From assembly GCA_963708025.1 (NCBI GenBank), contig CAVPSB010000013.1:512001-576000 (forward strand): a stretch of DNA of 64,000 nucleotides. The letters run 5' to 3'. The stretch's first letter is position 1. The number at the start of each line of letters is the position of its first letter. Origin of the DNA: an uncultured Candidatus Rokubacteria bacterium (GTDB taxonomy: Bacteria; Methylomirabilota; Methylomirabilia; Rokubacteriales; DASRDR01). The notes beneath the pieces were generated by a model. That model was not told where the DNA came from. It did no database searches and worked only from the letters and a program-made list of their open reading frames with translations. The position numbers and the translations under genes were made by a program. Positions 9,694-20,830 of this stretch are shown piece after piece.

Positions 9694-12600
9694 AGGTGGG
9701 CCCCGCGGTCATGACGCCCCTCAGCTCCCTCTCGACCTGCTCCAGCCAGAAGCGCATGTCCATCTCGCGGTACATCGTCGTCGCGGTGGTGAGGTGCTCC
9801 TGCGCCTGCTCGCCGCTTGCCCGTGCGCCGGTAGAGCTTGCCGAGGCCGAGGTGGCAGTGGGCGACGAGCGGGCGCATGCCGAGCTCGCCGGCGAGGGCC
9901 AGCGCCTCGCGGTAGTAACCTTCAGCGTCCTCGGCGCCGCCGGTCGACGCGACGTCACCGGCGAGGCAGAGGGCGTGGGCCTCGCTTCCCCGAGCCCCCA
10001 GCCGGCGGGTGAGCGCCAGCGCCTCTCGGGCGTGGCTGGCGGCCTCGTCGATCCGCCCGGCCGAGAGGTAGGTCATCCCCGCGCACAGAAGAATGAGCGC
10101 CGGCCAGGTGTGAATCTGGCGACCGCGGAACTCCTCGACGGCGCCCGCGACCAGCGGGAGCGCCTCGTCAGCCCGGCCGGCGAGGGCGTAGGCGGCGCCG
10201 AGGGTCGCGGCGACGAGCGGTGTCCCGACGACGAACTGCCACGTTCGGCAGAGGTCGAGGCCCCGCTCGAGGACCCGGGTCGCGCGCGGGAGATCCCCGC
10301 GACGGAGGTGGGCGAGGCCGAGATCGAGCAACCCGACGTACAGCGTGAAGGGATGATCGGCCGCTTCAGCGATCCGCACGGCGGCCTCGGCGTGCCCGAT
10401 GGCCTCGTCGAACCGGCCGAGCTGGGAGAGCACGTCGGCGAGGCGGGCCCCCGAGAGCGCCGACTGGATGGCGGGCGCCCCGAAGCGCTCGTAGCGCAGG
10501 TCGCCCTCGAGCGCGACGTTTCGCTCGAGGAAGGTGGCCGCGTCGCTGAACTCGCCCCGGGCGACGTGCGTCATGCCCAGAAAGGACGTGGCGACCACCT
10601 CGATCGAGCGATCGCCGAGGGTTCGCGCGATGCTCAGGGCCTCCTGCCCGAATCTGACGGCCTCGTCGTAGTCGCCAGTGACCAGGCACTGGATCACCAT
10701 GAAGGTGGCGATCCGCGCGAGCCGGTGCTGGTCGCCGAGCGTCCTGGCGAGCCCCTCCGCCTCGTGGAGGTGCTCCCCCATGCGCGCCCGATCGCCGAGC
10801 GGGAGGAGCGCGTTCCGGAGGTCGATGTGGAGGTCGATGGTCAGCTCGGTCGTCTCCCGGGTCTCGGGGAGACGGCGGAGGGCCCCGAGCGCCTGCTCCA
10901 GGTGGGCGATGGCCTCGCGGTTGGCCGCCCGCGCCATGGCCCGGAGCCCCGCCTGGCGGAGATAGGCGACCGCCTTCTCCCACAGCTCCCCGCGCAGGGC
11001 GTGGTGGGCCAGCCGCTCGGCCTGCTCGGCGACGCGCTCGGTCGAGAGCCGCTCGATGGCCTCGGTGATGCGGGCGTGCAGGGCGCGCCGCCGGTCGTGG
11101 AGCAGGCCCTGGTACGCCACCTCGTGCGTGAGCGCGTGCTTGAACGTGTACTCGAGGTCCGGAAAGAGCCGGGTCTCGTAGAGGAACTCCGCGGCCTGGA
11201 GGTGCGTGAGCTCGGCGCGCACCTCGTGCTCCGGCGCGTCGGCGATGGCCAGGAGCAGCGGCATGGGCACGTCCTTGCCGATGACGGCGGCGGCCTGGAG
11301 CAGTCGCTTGGCCTCGGGCGCCAGGCGGTCGATGCGCGCGGCCAGGATGGCCTGCACGGTGGCGGGGATCGTCAGGGGCTCGACGGGCCGGGTGAGCCGG
11401 TAGGCGCCGCGCTCGCCGGCCAGGGCCGCCGTCTCCACCAGGGCCCGCACACTCTCCTCGAGGAAGAGGGGATTCGCCTCCGTCCGCTCGACCAGGAGCT
11501 GCTTGAGCGGGCCGAGGGCCGCGTCAGGGCCGAGGAGCGCCTCGAGCAGCTCGTCCGCGCTCTCGGGCGGCAGGGGATCGATCCGGAGCTGGCGGTAGTA
11601 GGTCTTGCCGCCCCAGGCGTGCTGGTACTCGGGGCGGTAGTTGACGAGGAGCAGGAGGCGCGCCGCGGGCAGGCTCTCGACGAGGCTGTCGAGCAAGGCT
11701 CTGGGTCTCGCCGTCGATCCAGTGCAGGTCCTCGAAGACCACCACCAGCGGCTGGACCTCGCTCTCGCGCAGCAGCAGGCGCTTGACCGCGTCGAGCGTC
11801 TGCTGGCGCCGCTGGAGCGGATCGAGGGCGTGCCAGGACGCCTCGTCCACCGGCACGTCGAGCAGCGCCAGGAGGGCGGGCACGGCGGGCGCGAGCGCCG
11901 GGGCGAGCGTCAGGACCTTCCCCGTGACCTTCTCCCGGATCTTCCGCGGGTCGTCGCGGCTCTCGATCGCGAAGTAGCCGCGGAGCAGCTCGATCACGGG
12001 CAGGTAGGCGGTGGCCTTGCCGTAGGAGACCGAGGCGGACTGCACGATGAGCCAGCCGTGCACGCGGTGGGAGTGGGTGAGCTCCCAGAAGAGACGCGAC
12101 TTGCCCACGCCCGGCTCCCCGACCACGGCGACCACCTGGCCGTGCCCCAGGCTCGCCCGGTCGAGGGCGTCGCGGAGCTGCTCCAGCTCCGCGGTCCGGC
12201 CGACGAAGCGCGTGAGCCCCCGCCGCGCCGCGGCCTCGAGGCGGGTGCGGGCGGCGCCGGCCCCCACCAGCTCGAACACCTCGACCGGCTCGCCGAGCCC
12301 CTTGATCGGCACCGGGCCGAGCGGGGTGACCTGGACGAAGCCCTCGGCCAGGTGCAGCGTCTCGGCGGTGAGCCGGATGCTGCCGGGCGCCGCGAGCTGC
12401 TCCATGCGGGCCGCCAGGTGCGTGGTCTGGCCCACGGCGGTGTAGTCCATGCGGAGATCGCTGCCGATCGAGCGCACCACGACGTCGCCGGAGTTGAGGC
12501 CGACGCGGATCTGCACCTCCACGCCCTGCGCGCGGCGCAGCTCGTCCGAGTAGCGCCGCACGACCTCCTGCATCCGGAGCGCGGCGTAGCACGCGCGCAC

Positions 12601-13074
12601 GGCGTGATCCTCGTGGGCGAGCGGCGCGCCGAAGAGCGCCATGATCCCGTCGCCCATCACCTGGTTCACGGTGCCCTCGTAGCGATGGACGGCCTCCATC
12701 ATCCGCTCGAGCACCGGGTCGAGGAGCTTCCGCGCCTCCTCGGGGTCCCGGTCGGCGAGCAGCTCCATCGAGCCCTTGAGGTCGGCGAAGAGGACGGTCA
12801 CCTGCTTCCGCTCGCCCTCGAGGGCGGCCTTGGAGGTGAGGATCTTCTCGGCGAGGTGCTTGGGGGTGTACGACCCCGGTGAGGCGAAGGCGGGAGAATC
12901 TTGAAGGGCCGGTGCAGGAGCCTCGACCACGCGCGCGCCGCACTTGCCGCAGAAGGCGAACCCCTCGGGGTTGACGAAGCCGCACGAGGGACACAGGGAG
13001 GCCAGCCTGGCTCCGCAGCGCCCGCAGAACGCCATCGCGGGAGGATTCTCGAAGGCGCACTGCGGACAGGTCAC
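9509..13074 (-). CDS. Double zinc ribbon + class III nucleotide cyclase + STAND/AAA ATPase + TPR protein (copy 2); frameshifted
   Basis: CPQC..CGRC..CPSC..CGKC; ERKQVTVLFADLKGS, GDG; GEPGVGKS Walker A; FEDLHW Walker B; TPRs; GTG overlaps the upstream TGA; frameshifts near 11697 and 9815; 3' end uncertain. Confidence 0.9.
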
Positions 13075-16000
13075 GCGCCGAGCTCCATCGACTCCGCCTC
13101 CGGCCTGCTCCAGCCAGAAGCCCATGCCCATCTCGCGGTACATCGCCGCCGCGGTGGTGAGGTGCTCGTGGGCCTGCTCGCGCTTGCCCGTGCGCCGGGA
13201 GAGCCTGCCGAGGCCGAGGTGGCAGTGGGCGACGAGCGGGCGCATGCCGCGCGGCTCGGCGAGGGCCAGCGCCTCGCGGTAGTGGGCCTCGCCGCTCTCG
13301 GCGTCGAACCGGTCGGGATGGGTCGCGATGTCGCCGAGCAGGTGCCGGACGTGGGGCGCGAACCCGGGCTGATGCGGAGAGGATTCGAGCGCGCGGTCGG
13401 CCAGGCGCCGCGCCTCGTCGAGCCGGCCGAGCAGCAGACAGGTGCGTCCCAGCAAGTGGTACGCCCAGGCGCGATGGCCGACGATGCCCCTCGCCGCATG
13501 CTCGCTCGCAGGAGCTGCTCGCCTTCCCGGAGCCGGTTCAGCGCCTCGCTCGACTCGCCGAGCTGGGCCAGGACCCAGGCCGAGGACGTGACCGCCCAGG
13601 GAAGATGGACGCCGACGTTCCCCGTCTCGGCCACGGCGATCCACTGCTCGACCAGCGCAGCGCGCCCTCGCCCAGTCGCCCTCGACGAGATGGCGCGTGC
13701 TCGCGGCGAAGTAGGCCAGGCTGATGCTGAACGGCATGGTGCGTCGGCTCGGCGAGACGGATCGCCTCGGCTTCGTGCGGGGCCGCCTCGGCGAATCGGC
13801 CGAGCTGGGCGAGGCTCACGACCAGCCAGACGCGATCGAGGATCGAGATCGGAGCGCTGCTCCCCAGGGACTCGTAGACCCGGTCGGCGGACAGGGCCGC
13901 GATGTTGTCGCTGGCCAGCTCGACCACCCGCTCGAACTCGCCCCGGTAGTAGTGCACCTGGGTCAGGAAGCTCAAGCTCAGGAGGCGGAGTCGCGGGTCC
14001 CCGAGGCGCCCGGCGATCGCCAGGGCGCGGGTGCCGGCCGCCAGCCCCTCGTCCAGCTCGCCGAGCAGCGAGTGGACGACGGCCAAGAACACGCAGACCT
14101 GACCGCGGCGGCGCTCGTCGTTCAGCTTCTCGGCGAGCGTCTCGGCCTCCCGCAGGCGCTCCAGCATCTGCTCGGCCTTCCCCGAGCTGGAGCAGCACCG
14201 GCCGCAGATCGAGTCGGATCTCGAAGGCCTGCTCCAGGGTGGACTGACTCTCCGGCAGCGCCGCCACGACCTCCAGCGCCTGCTCGAACCAGCCCCGGGC
14301 GTCCGGGAGCGCCGACCGCGCGGCCGCCTTCAGGCCGGCCTGCCGCAGGTAGTCCACCGCCTTCTCCCGGAGCTCGCCCCGGACCGCGTGATGGGCGAGC
14401 CGCTCGGTGTGCTCGCCGAGCCGGTCCCGGTGGAGCGTCTCGATCGCCGCGACGATCCGCGCGTGGAGCTCCCGCCGGCGCTCCTGCAGCAGCCCGCCGT
14501 AGGTGACCTCGTGCGTGAGCGCGTGCTTGAACGAGTACTCGAGATCCGGATAGAGCCCGGTCTCGTAGACGAACTCGGCCGCCTGCAGCCGGTCGAGCCC
14601 GCCGCGGAGCGCCTCGTCGGGCAGCTCGGCGATCGCCTGGAGCAGTGTCAGCGGCACGTCCTTGCCGACGACCGAGGCGACCTGCAGGAGGCGCTTGTCC
14701 TCCGGGGCAAGCCGGTCGATGCGGGCCGCCAGGATCGTCTGGACGGTGGGGGGAACCTGGATCGCCTGGACCGGTTGCGTCAGCCGATACCGGCCTCGCT
14801 CCCCCACCAGCGCCTTCGTCTCCACCAGCGTCCGGACCGTCTCCTCCAGGAAGAACGGGTTCCCGCGCCTGACGAGGCGCTGCTTGAGCGGCGCCAGCCC
14901 GGGATCGTCGCCGAGGAGCGCCTCCAGCAGCTCGGCGGCGGTCTCGGCCGGGAGCGCGTCCAGCCGCAGCTGGCTGTAGTAGCGTCTTGCCACCCCAGCC
15001 GTGCTGGTACTCGGGACGGTAGTTCACGAGCAGCAGCAGACGCGCCGAGCCCAGGCTATCGACCAGGCCATCGAGTAACGCCTGCGTCTCGCTGTCGATC
15101 CAGTGGAGGTCCTCGAAGATCAGGAGGAGGGCTTGCTCGCGCGCTTCCCGCAGCAGCAGTCGCTGCACGGCGTCGAGCGTGCGCTGGCGTCGCTGCGTCG
15201 GGTCGAGCGTCCGCCACGCGGCGTCGTCCACGGGCACGTCGAGCAGGGCCAGCAACGCCGGCAGCGTCGGCTCCAGCGCGCGGTCGAGCGTGAGCAGCTT
15301 GCCCGTCACCTTCTCGCGGATCTCCCGGAGGTCGTCGCGGTCCTGGATCTTGAAGTAGCCCTTGAGGAGGTCGATGACCGGCAAGTAGCTCGTCGCCTTG
15401 CCGTACGAGACCGACGCACTCTCGAGGACCAGCCAGCCCTGCAGGCGATGCGAGTGGGTGAACTCGTAGACGAGGCGCGACTTGCCCACGCCCGCCTCGC
15501 CCACGACCGCCGCCACCTGACCGCGCCCGGTGCCGGCGAGCTCGCTGCGCGCGGCGGAGCTGCTCCAGCTCGACGTCGCGGCCGACGAACCGCGTCAAGC
15601 CCCGCCGGGCGGCCGCCTGCAGGCGGGTCCGCGCCGGGCCCGCCCCCGTCACCTCGAAGACCTCCACGGGATCGGCCAGTCCCTTCACCGGCACCGGGCC
15701 GAGCGGCTTCACCGCGACGTAGCCTTCCACCAGCTCCAGCGTCGCTGCCGTCGAGGAGAATGCTGCCCGGGCTCGCGAGCTGCTCCAGCCGCGCCGCCAG
15801 GTGCGTCGTCTGGCCCACGGCCGTGTAGTCCATGTGCAGATCGCTGCCGATGGCGCGCACGACGACCTCGCCCGAGTTGAGCCCGACCCGGATCTGGACG
15901 TTCACGCCGTGCGCGCGGCGCGCCTCCTCCGCGTAGCGCGCCACCAGCTCCTGCATCCGGAGCGCCGCGTAGCACGCCCGCACCGCGTGGTCCTCGTGCG

Positions 16001-16451
16001 CGACGGGCGCGCCGAAGAGCGCCATGATCCCGTCGCCCATCACCTGGTTGACGGTGCCCTCGTAGCGGTGGACCGCCTCCATCATCCGCTCGAGCACCGG
16101 GTCGAGCAGCTTGCGCGCCTCCTCGGGGTCCCGGTCGGCCAGCAGCTCCATCGAGCCCTTGAGGTCCGCGAACAGCACCGTGACCTGCTTGCGCTCCCCT
16201 TCGAGGGCGCTCCGGGAGGTGAGGATCTTCTGGGCCAGGTGCTGGGGGGTGTACGTCTGCGGCGAGACGAAGCGAGTCCGACCGGGAGTTGGCTCGACTC
16301 CGGTAACGGGATGCGCGCACTCCACGCAGAACTTGGCCGCTGGTGGAAGGACGGCCCCACAGCCCGGGCAGTTACGCGCGAGAGGCGCCGCGCACTCCAG
16401 ACAGAACTTCGCCTGGGGAGGATTGTCCGTCTGGCACCGGGAACACAGCAT
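13071..16451 (-). CDS. Double zinc ribbon + class III cyclase + STAND/AAA ATPase + TPR protein (copy 1); frameshifted
   Basis: MLCSRC..CLEC; same cyclase, GEAGVGKS, FEDLHW and FKHALTHEV motifs across ORFs 15306..16502, 15056..15730, 14122..15516, 13071..14993, 13538..14167 and 11524..13737. Confidence 0.9.
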
Positions 16452-16699
16452 GCCGGCCGCCTCCAGTGCGCCAAGGCTAGTCCCGGGGGAAGGAGGCGTC
16501 AAGCACGGCGCGGGGTCGCGGCGTGGGGTCGTGCGCGATCGAGCGCCCTGGCCCGGCGCCGCTCTTGTCTTGCCTGCGGGTCTGTGCTGAGATGTGGCCC
16601 TGCGGCCGGACGCCGCGGCGACGGCATCGATCGCCGGGAAGCGCCGGCCCTGGACAACTCGAGCGATTCCGACCAGAACCCGGCGGTCAGCGTCTTCGG

Positions 16700-17782
16700 A
16701 TGGTCCCGGCTCTCGAGCTCGCGCAGCTGGTGAAGCGGTTCGGCTCGATCACGGCGGTGGACCGCATCGACCTGGTCGTCCCGTCGGGTGAGCTGGTCGC
16801 GCTGCTGGGGCCCAGCGGGTGTGGCAAGACGACGACCCTCCGGATCGTCGCCGGCTTCGAGCGGCCCGACTCCGGCCGGGTGCGCATCCAGGGGGTCAAC
16901 GTCACCGCGTCGCCGCCGTACCGGCGCGACACCGGCATGGTCTTTCAGCACTACGCCCTCTTTCCCCACATGACCGTCCGCGAGAACGTCGGCTTCGGCC
17001 TCCGGATGCGGGGCGTCAACCGGAGCGAGGCCGAGACGCGCGTGCGGGAGGCGCTGGCCCTGGTCTCGCTGAGCGGGCTCGAGGGCCGATACCCCCGGCA
17101 GCTCAGCGGAGGCCAGCAGCAGCGGGTCGCGCTGGCCCGCGCGCTCGTCATCCGGCCCCAGCTGCTCCTCCTCGACGAGCCCCTCAGCTCGCTGGACGCC
17201 AAGCTGCGCCAGGAGATGCGGCTGGAGGTGCGGGCGATCCAGCGGCGGGTCGGCATCACCGCCCTGTTCGTGACCCACGATCAGGAGGAGGCCCTCTCCC
17301 TCGCCGACCGCGTGGCCGTGATCAACCAGGGCCGGGTGGAGCAGGTGGGCACGCCGGTCGAGGTCTACGAGCGACCCCGCACCGCCTTCGTCGCCGGCTT
17401 CATCGGCCAGAGCAACTTCTTCCGCGGCGAGATCGTCGACGCCGCCGCCGACGGCGGGCGGGGCGTTCTGCGCGGGGAGGATGGCCGCCTCTTCCACGCG
17501 AGCAATCCGCTCCACCTCGCCGCCCGCAGTCCGGCGCTCCTGGCCGTGAAGGACCAGCGGGTGCGCCTGCGCAGCGCGCCATCCCCGGCGGCCCTCAACT
17601 CCCTGGCGGCGACCGTCGAGTCCGTCGCCTATCTCGGCACCGCCGTCCAGTACGTCTGCCGGGCCGGGGAGCGCTCGGTGGTGGCCCTGGTGGGAAACGA
17701 CGGCCACCAGTCGCTGCTGCCGGCCCAGACCAGGGTCTGGATCGAATGGGACCCCGACGATGCCGTGCTGCTCCCCCCGTGA
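16700..17782 (+). CDS. ABC transporter ATP-binding protein (PotA-like)
   Basis: GPSGCGKTT, LSGGQQQRV, LLDEP, TOBE-like C-terminus. Confidence 0.95.
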   Translation: MVPALELAQLVKRFGSITAVDRIDLVVPSGELVALLGPSGCGKTTTLRIVAGFERPDSGRVRIQGVNVTASPPYRRDTGMVFQHYALFPHMTVRENVGFGLRMRGVNRSEAETRVREALALVSLSGLEGRYPRQLSGGQQQRVALARALVIRPQLLLLDEPLSSLDAKLRQEMRLEVRAIQRRVGITALFVTHDQEEALSLADRVAVINQGRVEQVGTPVEVYERPRTAFVAGFIGQSNFFRGEIVDAAADGGRGVLRGEDGRLFHASNPLHLAARSPALLAVKDQRVRLRSAPSPAALNSLAATVESVAYLGTAVQYVCRAGERSVVALVGNDGHQSLLPAQTRVWIEWDPDDAVLLPP

Positions 17783-17825
17783 GCGCGATCGAGCCCCCAC
17801 CCGACACCCGAGGAGGATTTCACCC

Positions 17826-18887
17826 ATGAGCACCCCGAGCCAGAGTTCCCGAGCGGTGAGCCGGCGGTCCTTCCTGCGGCAGAGCCTCATCGCCGGCGCC
17901 GCCCTCGCCGCCTCCCGCCCGGCCACCGCCCAGACCCGGACGCTCAGCATCATGATCAACGCGGGGCAGTACCAGGACACCCTGACCCGCCTGGTCATCG
18001 AGCCCTTCCAGAAGAAGCACAACGTCCGGGTGCTGGTCACGCCGGGCAGCAGCACGGAGATGCTCGCCAAGCTCCGGGCCGAGAAGGCCAGCCCCAGCGT
18101 GGACCTCGTCGTCATCGCGGAGACGGTGGCCGTCACCGGCCGACTGGAGGGCATCTTCGAGAAGATGGAGCGGGCCAAGATCCCCAACATGGCCGACGTG
18201 GAGCCCAAGGCTCTCAACCCGGACGGCTTCGGGTTCGCCTCGCTCTACGCGACCGCCGGCATCGGCTACAACGCCGAGAAGGTGAAGCCGGCTCCCCGGG
18301 CCTGGAAGGACATGTGGAATCCGGCCTACAAGGGCATGATCGGACTGCAGGACGTCGCCGGGACAACCGGGGTCCAGTTCCTGATCACCGCCGCTCGGCT
18401 TCACGGCGGCAGCGAGCAGAACATCGACCCCGGCTTCAAGGCGATCGGCGAGCTGATGAAGATGGGCGCCTCGATCAACTCCGGCAAGCCGGCGGAGATC
18501 ACCAACCTCTTCCAGACCGACACGATCCTGATGAGCCCCGGGGTCGAGAACAGCTTCTACAAGGTCTACGCGCCCAAGGACAAGCGCTTCGCGTTCGTCC
18601 TCCCACAGGAGGGCTTCTTCGCCATCCCCTACACGGTCGAGATCGTCAAGGGCCGCAAGGGCGGCGACCTGGTCTACGAGTTCATCAACATGCAGCTCGA
18701 CCCGGAGGTCCAGCAGGGCTTCATGGAGTCCATCCTGATGACGCCCGTCAACACCCGGGTCAAGATCCCGTCGAGCCTGGCGACGCTGGTCCCGGAGGCG
18801 CGGGCCGCCCTCCAGTTCGACTGGGGAGCCATCGCCCGGAACCGGGGGGCGTGGCAGGAACGCTTCAACAAGGAGATCGCGCGATAG
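17826..18887 (+). CDS. ABC substrate-binding protein (PotD-like) with Tat signal
   Basis: SRRSFL twin-arginine leader; W.D.W.P.YKG motif; GAGGAGG upstream. Confidence 0.9.
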   Translation: MSTPSQSSRAVSRRSFLRQSLIAGAALAASRPATAQTRTLSIMINAGQYQDTLTRLVIEPFQKKHNVRVLVTPGSSTEMLAKLRAEKASPSVDLVVIAETVAVTGRLEGIFEKMERAKIPNMADVEPKALNPDGFGFASLYATAGIGYNAEKVKPAPRAWKDMWNPAYKGMIGLQDVAGTTGVQFLITAARLHGGSEQNIDPGFKAIGELMKMGASINSGKPAEITNLFQTDTILMSPGVENSFYKVYAPKDKRFAFVLPQEGFFAIPYTVEIVKGRKGGDLVYEFINMQLDPEVQQGFMESILMTPVNTRVKIPSSLATLVPEARAALQFDWGAIARNRGAWQERFNKEIAR

Positions 18888-18901
18888 GCCTCGGGTCTTC
18901 C

Positions 18902-19786
18902 GTGCTCCCGACGAGCCCCGGCGCCCGGCGGGCGGTGACGGGCGGCCTCCTGGCGCTGCCCGCCGTGTGCGCCCTCGGCCTCTTCTGCGCCGCGCCGCTC
19001 CTCTATCTCGTCCGCTACAGCTTCTTCGTGTACGTCCCGGGCGACCCGCTGGCCACCGGGTTCACGCTCGGGAACTACGGCAAGTTCCTCTCGGACCGCT
19101 ACTACCTCGGCGTCCTGGGCCAGACGCTCGGCATCGGGCTGGCGGTCACGGTCGCCTCGCTCGTCCTCGGCTTCCCGGTAGCCTACGGGCTGGCCCGCAT
19201 GCGCTCGCGCTGGCGCGCCGTCTGCCTGGTCCTGATCATCAGCCCGCTCTACGTGAGCGCCGTCGTCCGCGCCTACGGCTGGCTGGTCATCCTGGGCGAC
19301 GCCGGCGTCGTCAACAACCTGCTCCGCTGGCTCCACGTGATCGAGCGGCCTGTCCGCATGATGTTCACGCCGCTGGCGGTCGTGATCGCGCTGACCGAGG
19401 TCGCCCTGCCGTTCATGATCCTGATCCTGGCCAGCGTGATCCAGAGCATCGATCCCGCGCTCGAGGACGCGGCCGCCAACCTCGGGGCCCGCCCGTGGTC
19501 GGTCTTCTGGAAGGTGGTGCTGCCGCTGAGCCTGCCGGGGGTCGTGGCCGGCTCGCTGCTGGTGTTCATCCTGGCCACCGGGTCCTACGTGACGCCGGCG
19601 CTCACCGGAGGCAAGAGCGTCAAGATGCTCGTCACCGAGGTCTACCAGCAGATGACGGCGATCTACAACTGGCCGTTCGGCGCCGCGACGGCGTTCATCC
19701 TGCTCGTGGTCACGCTGCTCTGCGTCGCCGGGTTCGCCGCGGCCGTCGAGGGCTCCACGCGCGAGCGGCTGGGTCGCGTGCGATGA
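18902..19786 (+). CDS. ABC permease (PotB-like)
   Basis: VVRAYGW, EAA loop LEDAAANLGA, NWPFGAA. Confidence 0.92.
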   Translation: MLPTSPGARRAVTGGLLALPAVCALGLFCAAPLLYLVRYSFFVYVPGDPLATGFTLGNYGKFLSDRYYLGVLGQTLGIGLAVTVASLVLGFPVAYGLARMRSRWRAVCLVLIISPLYVSAVVRAYGWLVILGDAGVVNNLLRWLHVIERPVRMMFTPLAVVIALTEVALPFMILILASVIQSIDPALEDAAANLGARPWSVFWKVVLPLSLPGVVAGSLLVFILATGSYVTPALTGGKSVKMLVTEVYQQMTAIYNWPFGAATAFILLVVTLLCVAGFAAAVEGSTRERLGRVR

Positions 19787-19787
19787 A

Positions 19788-19949
19788 ACATTCGGGGGCG
19801 ACCCTCTCGTTCCGCCGGTCTCGCGCCACGTCGGGACGGCGAGCCGCCTCCCCTCCCCCCGCCAGAGGCCGAAGGCCGTCCGGTCAGTCGGGAGGGGTCG
19901 CCAAAGGCCGCAGGCCGTCAACAGGTGGGGGTGGACCCGAATGAGCGGT
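19788..19949. mobile_element. MITE/REP-like structured insert with 7-bp target duplication
   Basis: Terminal IR CATTCGGG (19789)/CCCGAATG (19936-19943); flanking direct repeat CGATGAA at 19781 and 19950; internal hairpins. Confidence 0.7.
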
Positions 19950-19951
19950 CG

Positions 19952-20746
19952 ATGAAGCGGCTCTTCGTCGCGGTGAACGTCCTCATCTACGCCTTCATCC
20001 TGTCGGCCGTGGTGTTCGTGGTGATCCTCTCGTTCAGCCCGTCGGCCATCCTCCGCTTCCCGCCGGAAGGCGTGTCGCTGGTCTGGTACCGGAAGATGCT
20101 CGCCTACGGGCCGTTCTGGGACAGCATGGGCCTGAGCCTGGTCATCGCGGCCGGCGCCTCGCTGGTCGCCATGCTCCTCGGTCTCCCCGCCGCGCTGGCG
20201 GTGGTCCGGTACCGCTTCCCCGGGCGCGACCTCCTGGCGGCGGTCCTCATGGCGCCGATCGTCGTCCCGGCCATCATCCTGGGCGTCGGCCTCCTCATGC
20301 TCTACACGCAGTTCTTCGTCCACACGCTGCACGTGGCCGTGAACGGCACGGTACCCGGGCTGATGATCGGCCACGTGATGGTCTGCCTGCCCTGGGTCGT
20401 GCGGGTGCTGATCGCCGGCCTCCAGGGAGCCGACCCCGCCGTCGAGGAGGCCGCCATGAACCTGGGCGCCCGGCCGCTGGCGGTGCTGTGGCACATCACC
20501 CTGCCGCTCCTCCGGCCCGCCCTGGTGGCGGCCGGGATCTTCGCGTTCATCGCCTCGTTCGGCAACGTGGAGCTGTCCCTGATGCTGAGCGTGCCCGGGA
20601 CCAGCACGCTGCCGGTCGTGATCCTGACCTATCTCGACAACTACAACGACCCCTCGGTGGCGGCGCTGTCCACGGTCCTCATCGCCGGCACCGCCGCGGT
20701 GATCGTGATCGCCGACCGGCGCTTCGGACTGGCCAAGCTGATCTGA
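19952..20746 (+). CDS. ABC permease (PotC-like)
   Basis: FPP.G.SL.WY, EEAAMNLGA, TLPV. Confidence 0.92.
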   Translation: MKRLFVAVNVLIYAFILSAVVFVVILSFSPSAILRFPPEGVSLVWYRKMLAYGPFWDSMGLSLVIAAGASLVAMLLGLPAALAVVRYRFPGRDLLAAVLMAPIVVPAIILGVGLLMLYTQFFVHTLHVAVNGTVPGLMIGHVMVCLPWVVRVLIAGLQGADPAVEEAAMNLGARPLAVLWHITLPLLRPALVAAGIFAFIASFGNVELSLMLSVPGTSTLPVVILTYLDNYNDPSVAALSTVLIAGTAAVIVIADRRFGLAKLI

Positions 20747-20825
20747 GAGCCTATCAACTCGGGCCCTCCGGCTCCCCCCTCCCCCCGGTGGGTGGGGGAG
20801 GGGGGTTGGGGGGGTAGGCGGGAGG
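20743..20825. repeat. C-tract/G-tract palindromic intergenic repeat (copy A)
   Basis: Core CTCCGGCT-C-tracts-GGTGGGTG-G-tracts-GGCGGGAGG nearly identical to 55591-55651. Confidence 0.8.
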
Positions 20826-20830
20826 TGCTA

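Noticed and set aside
5574-16451. Programmed frameshifting or mass pseudogenisation
   Set aside because: Scattered 1-bp indels with otherwise intact motifs and no consistent slippery sites fit sequencing error better; polishing is needed to confirm.
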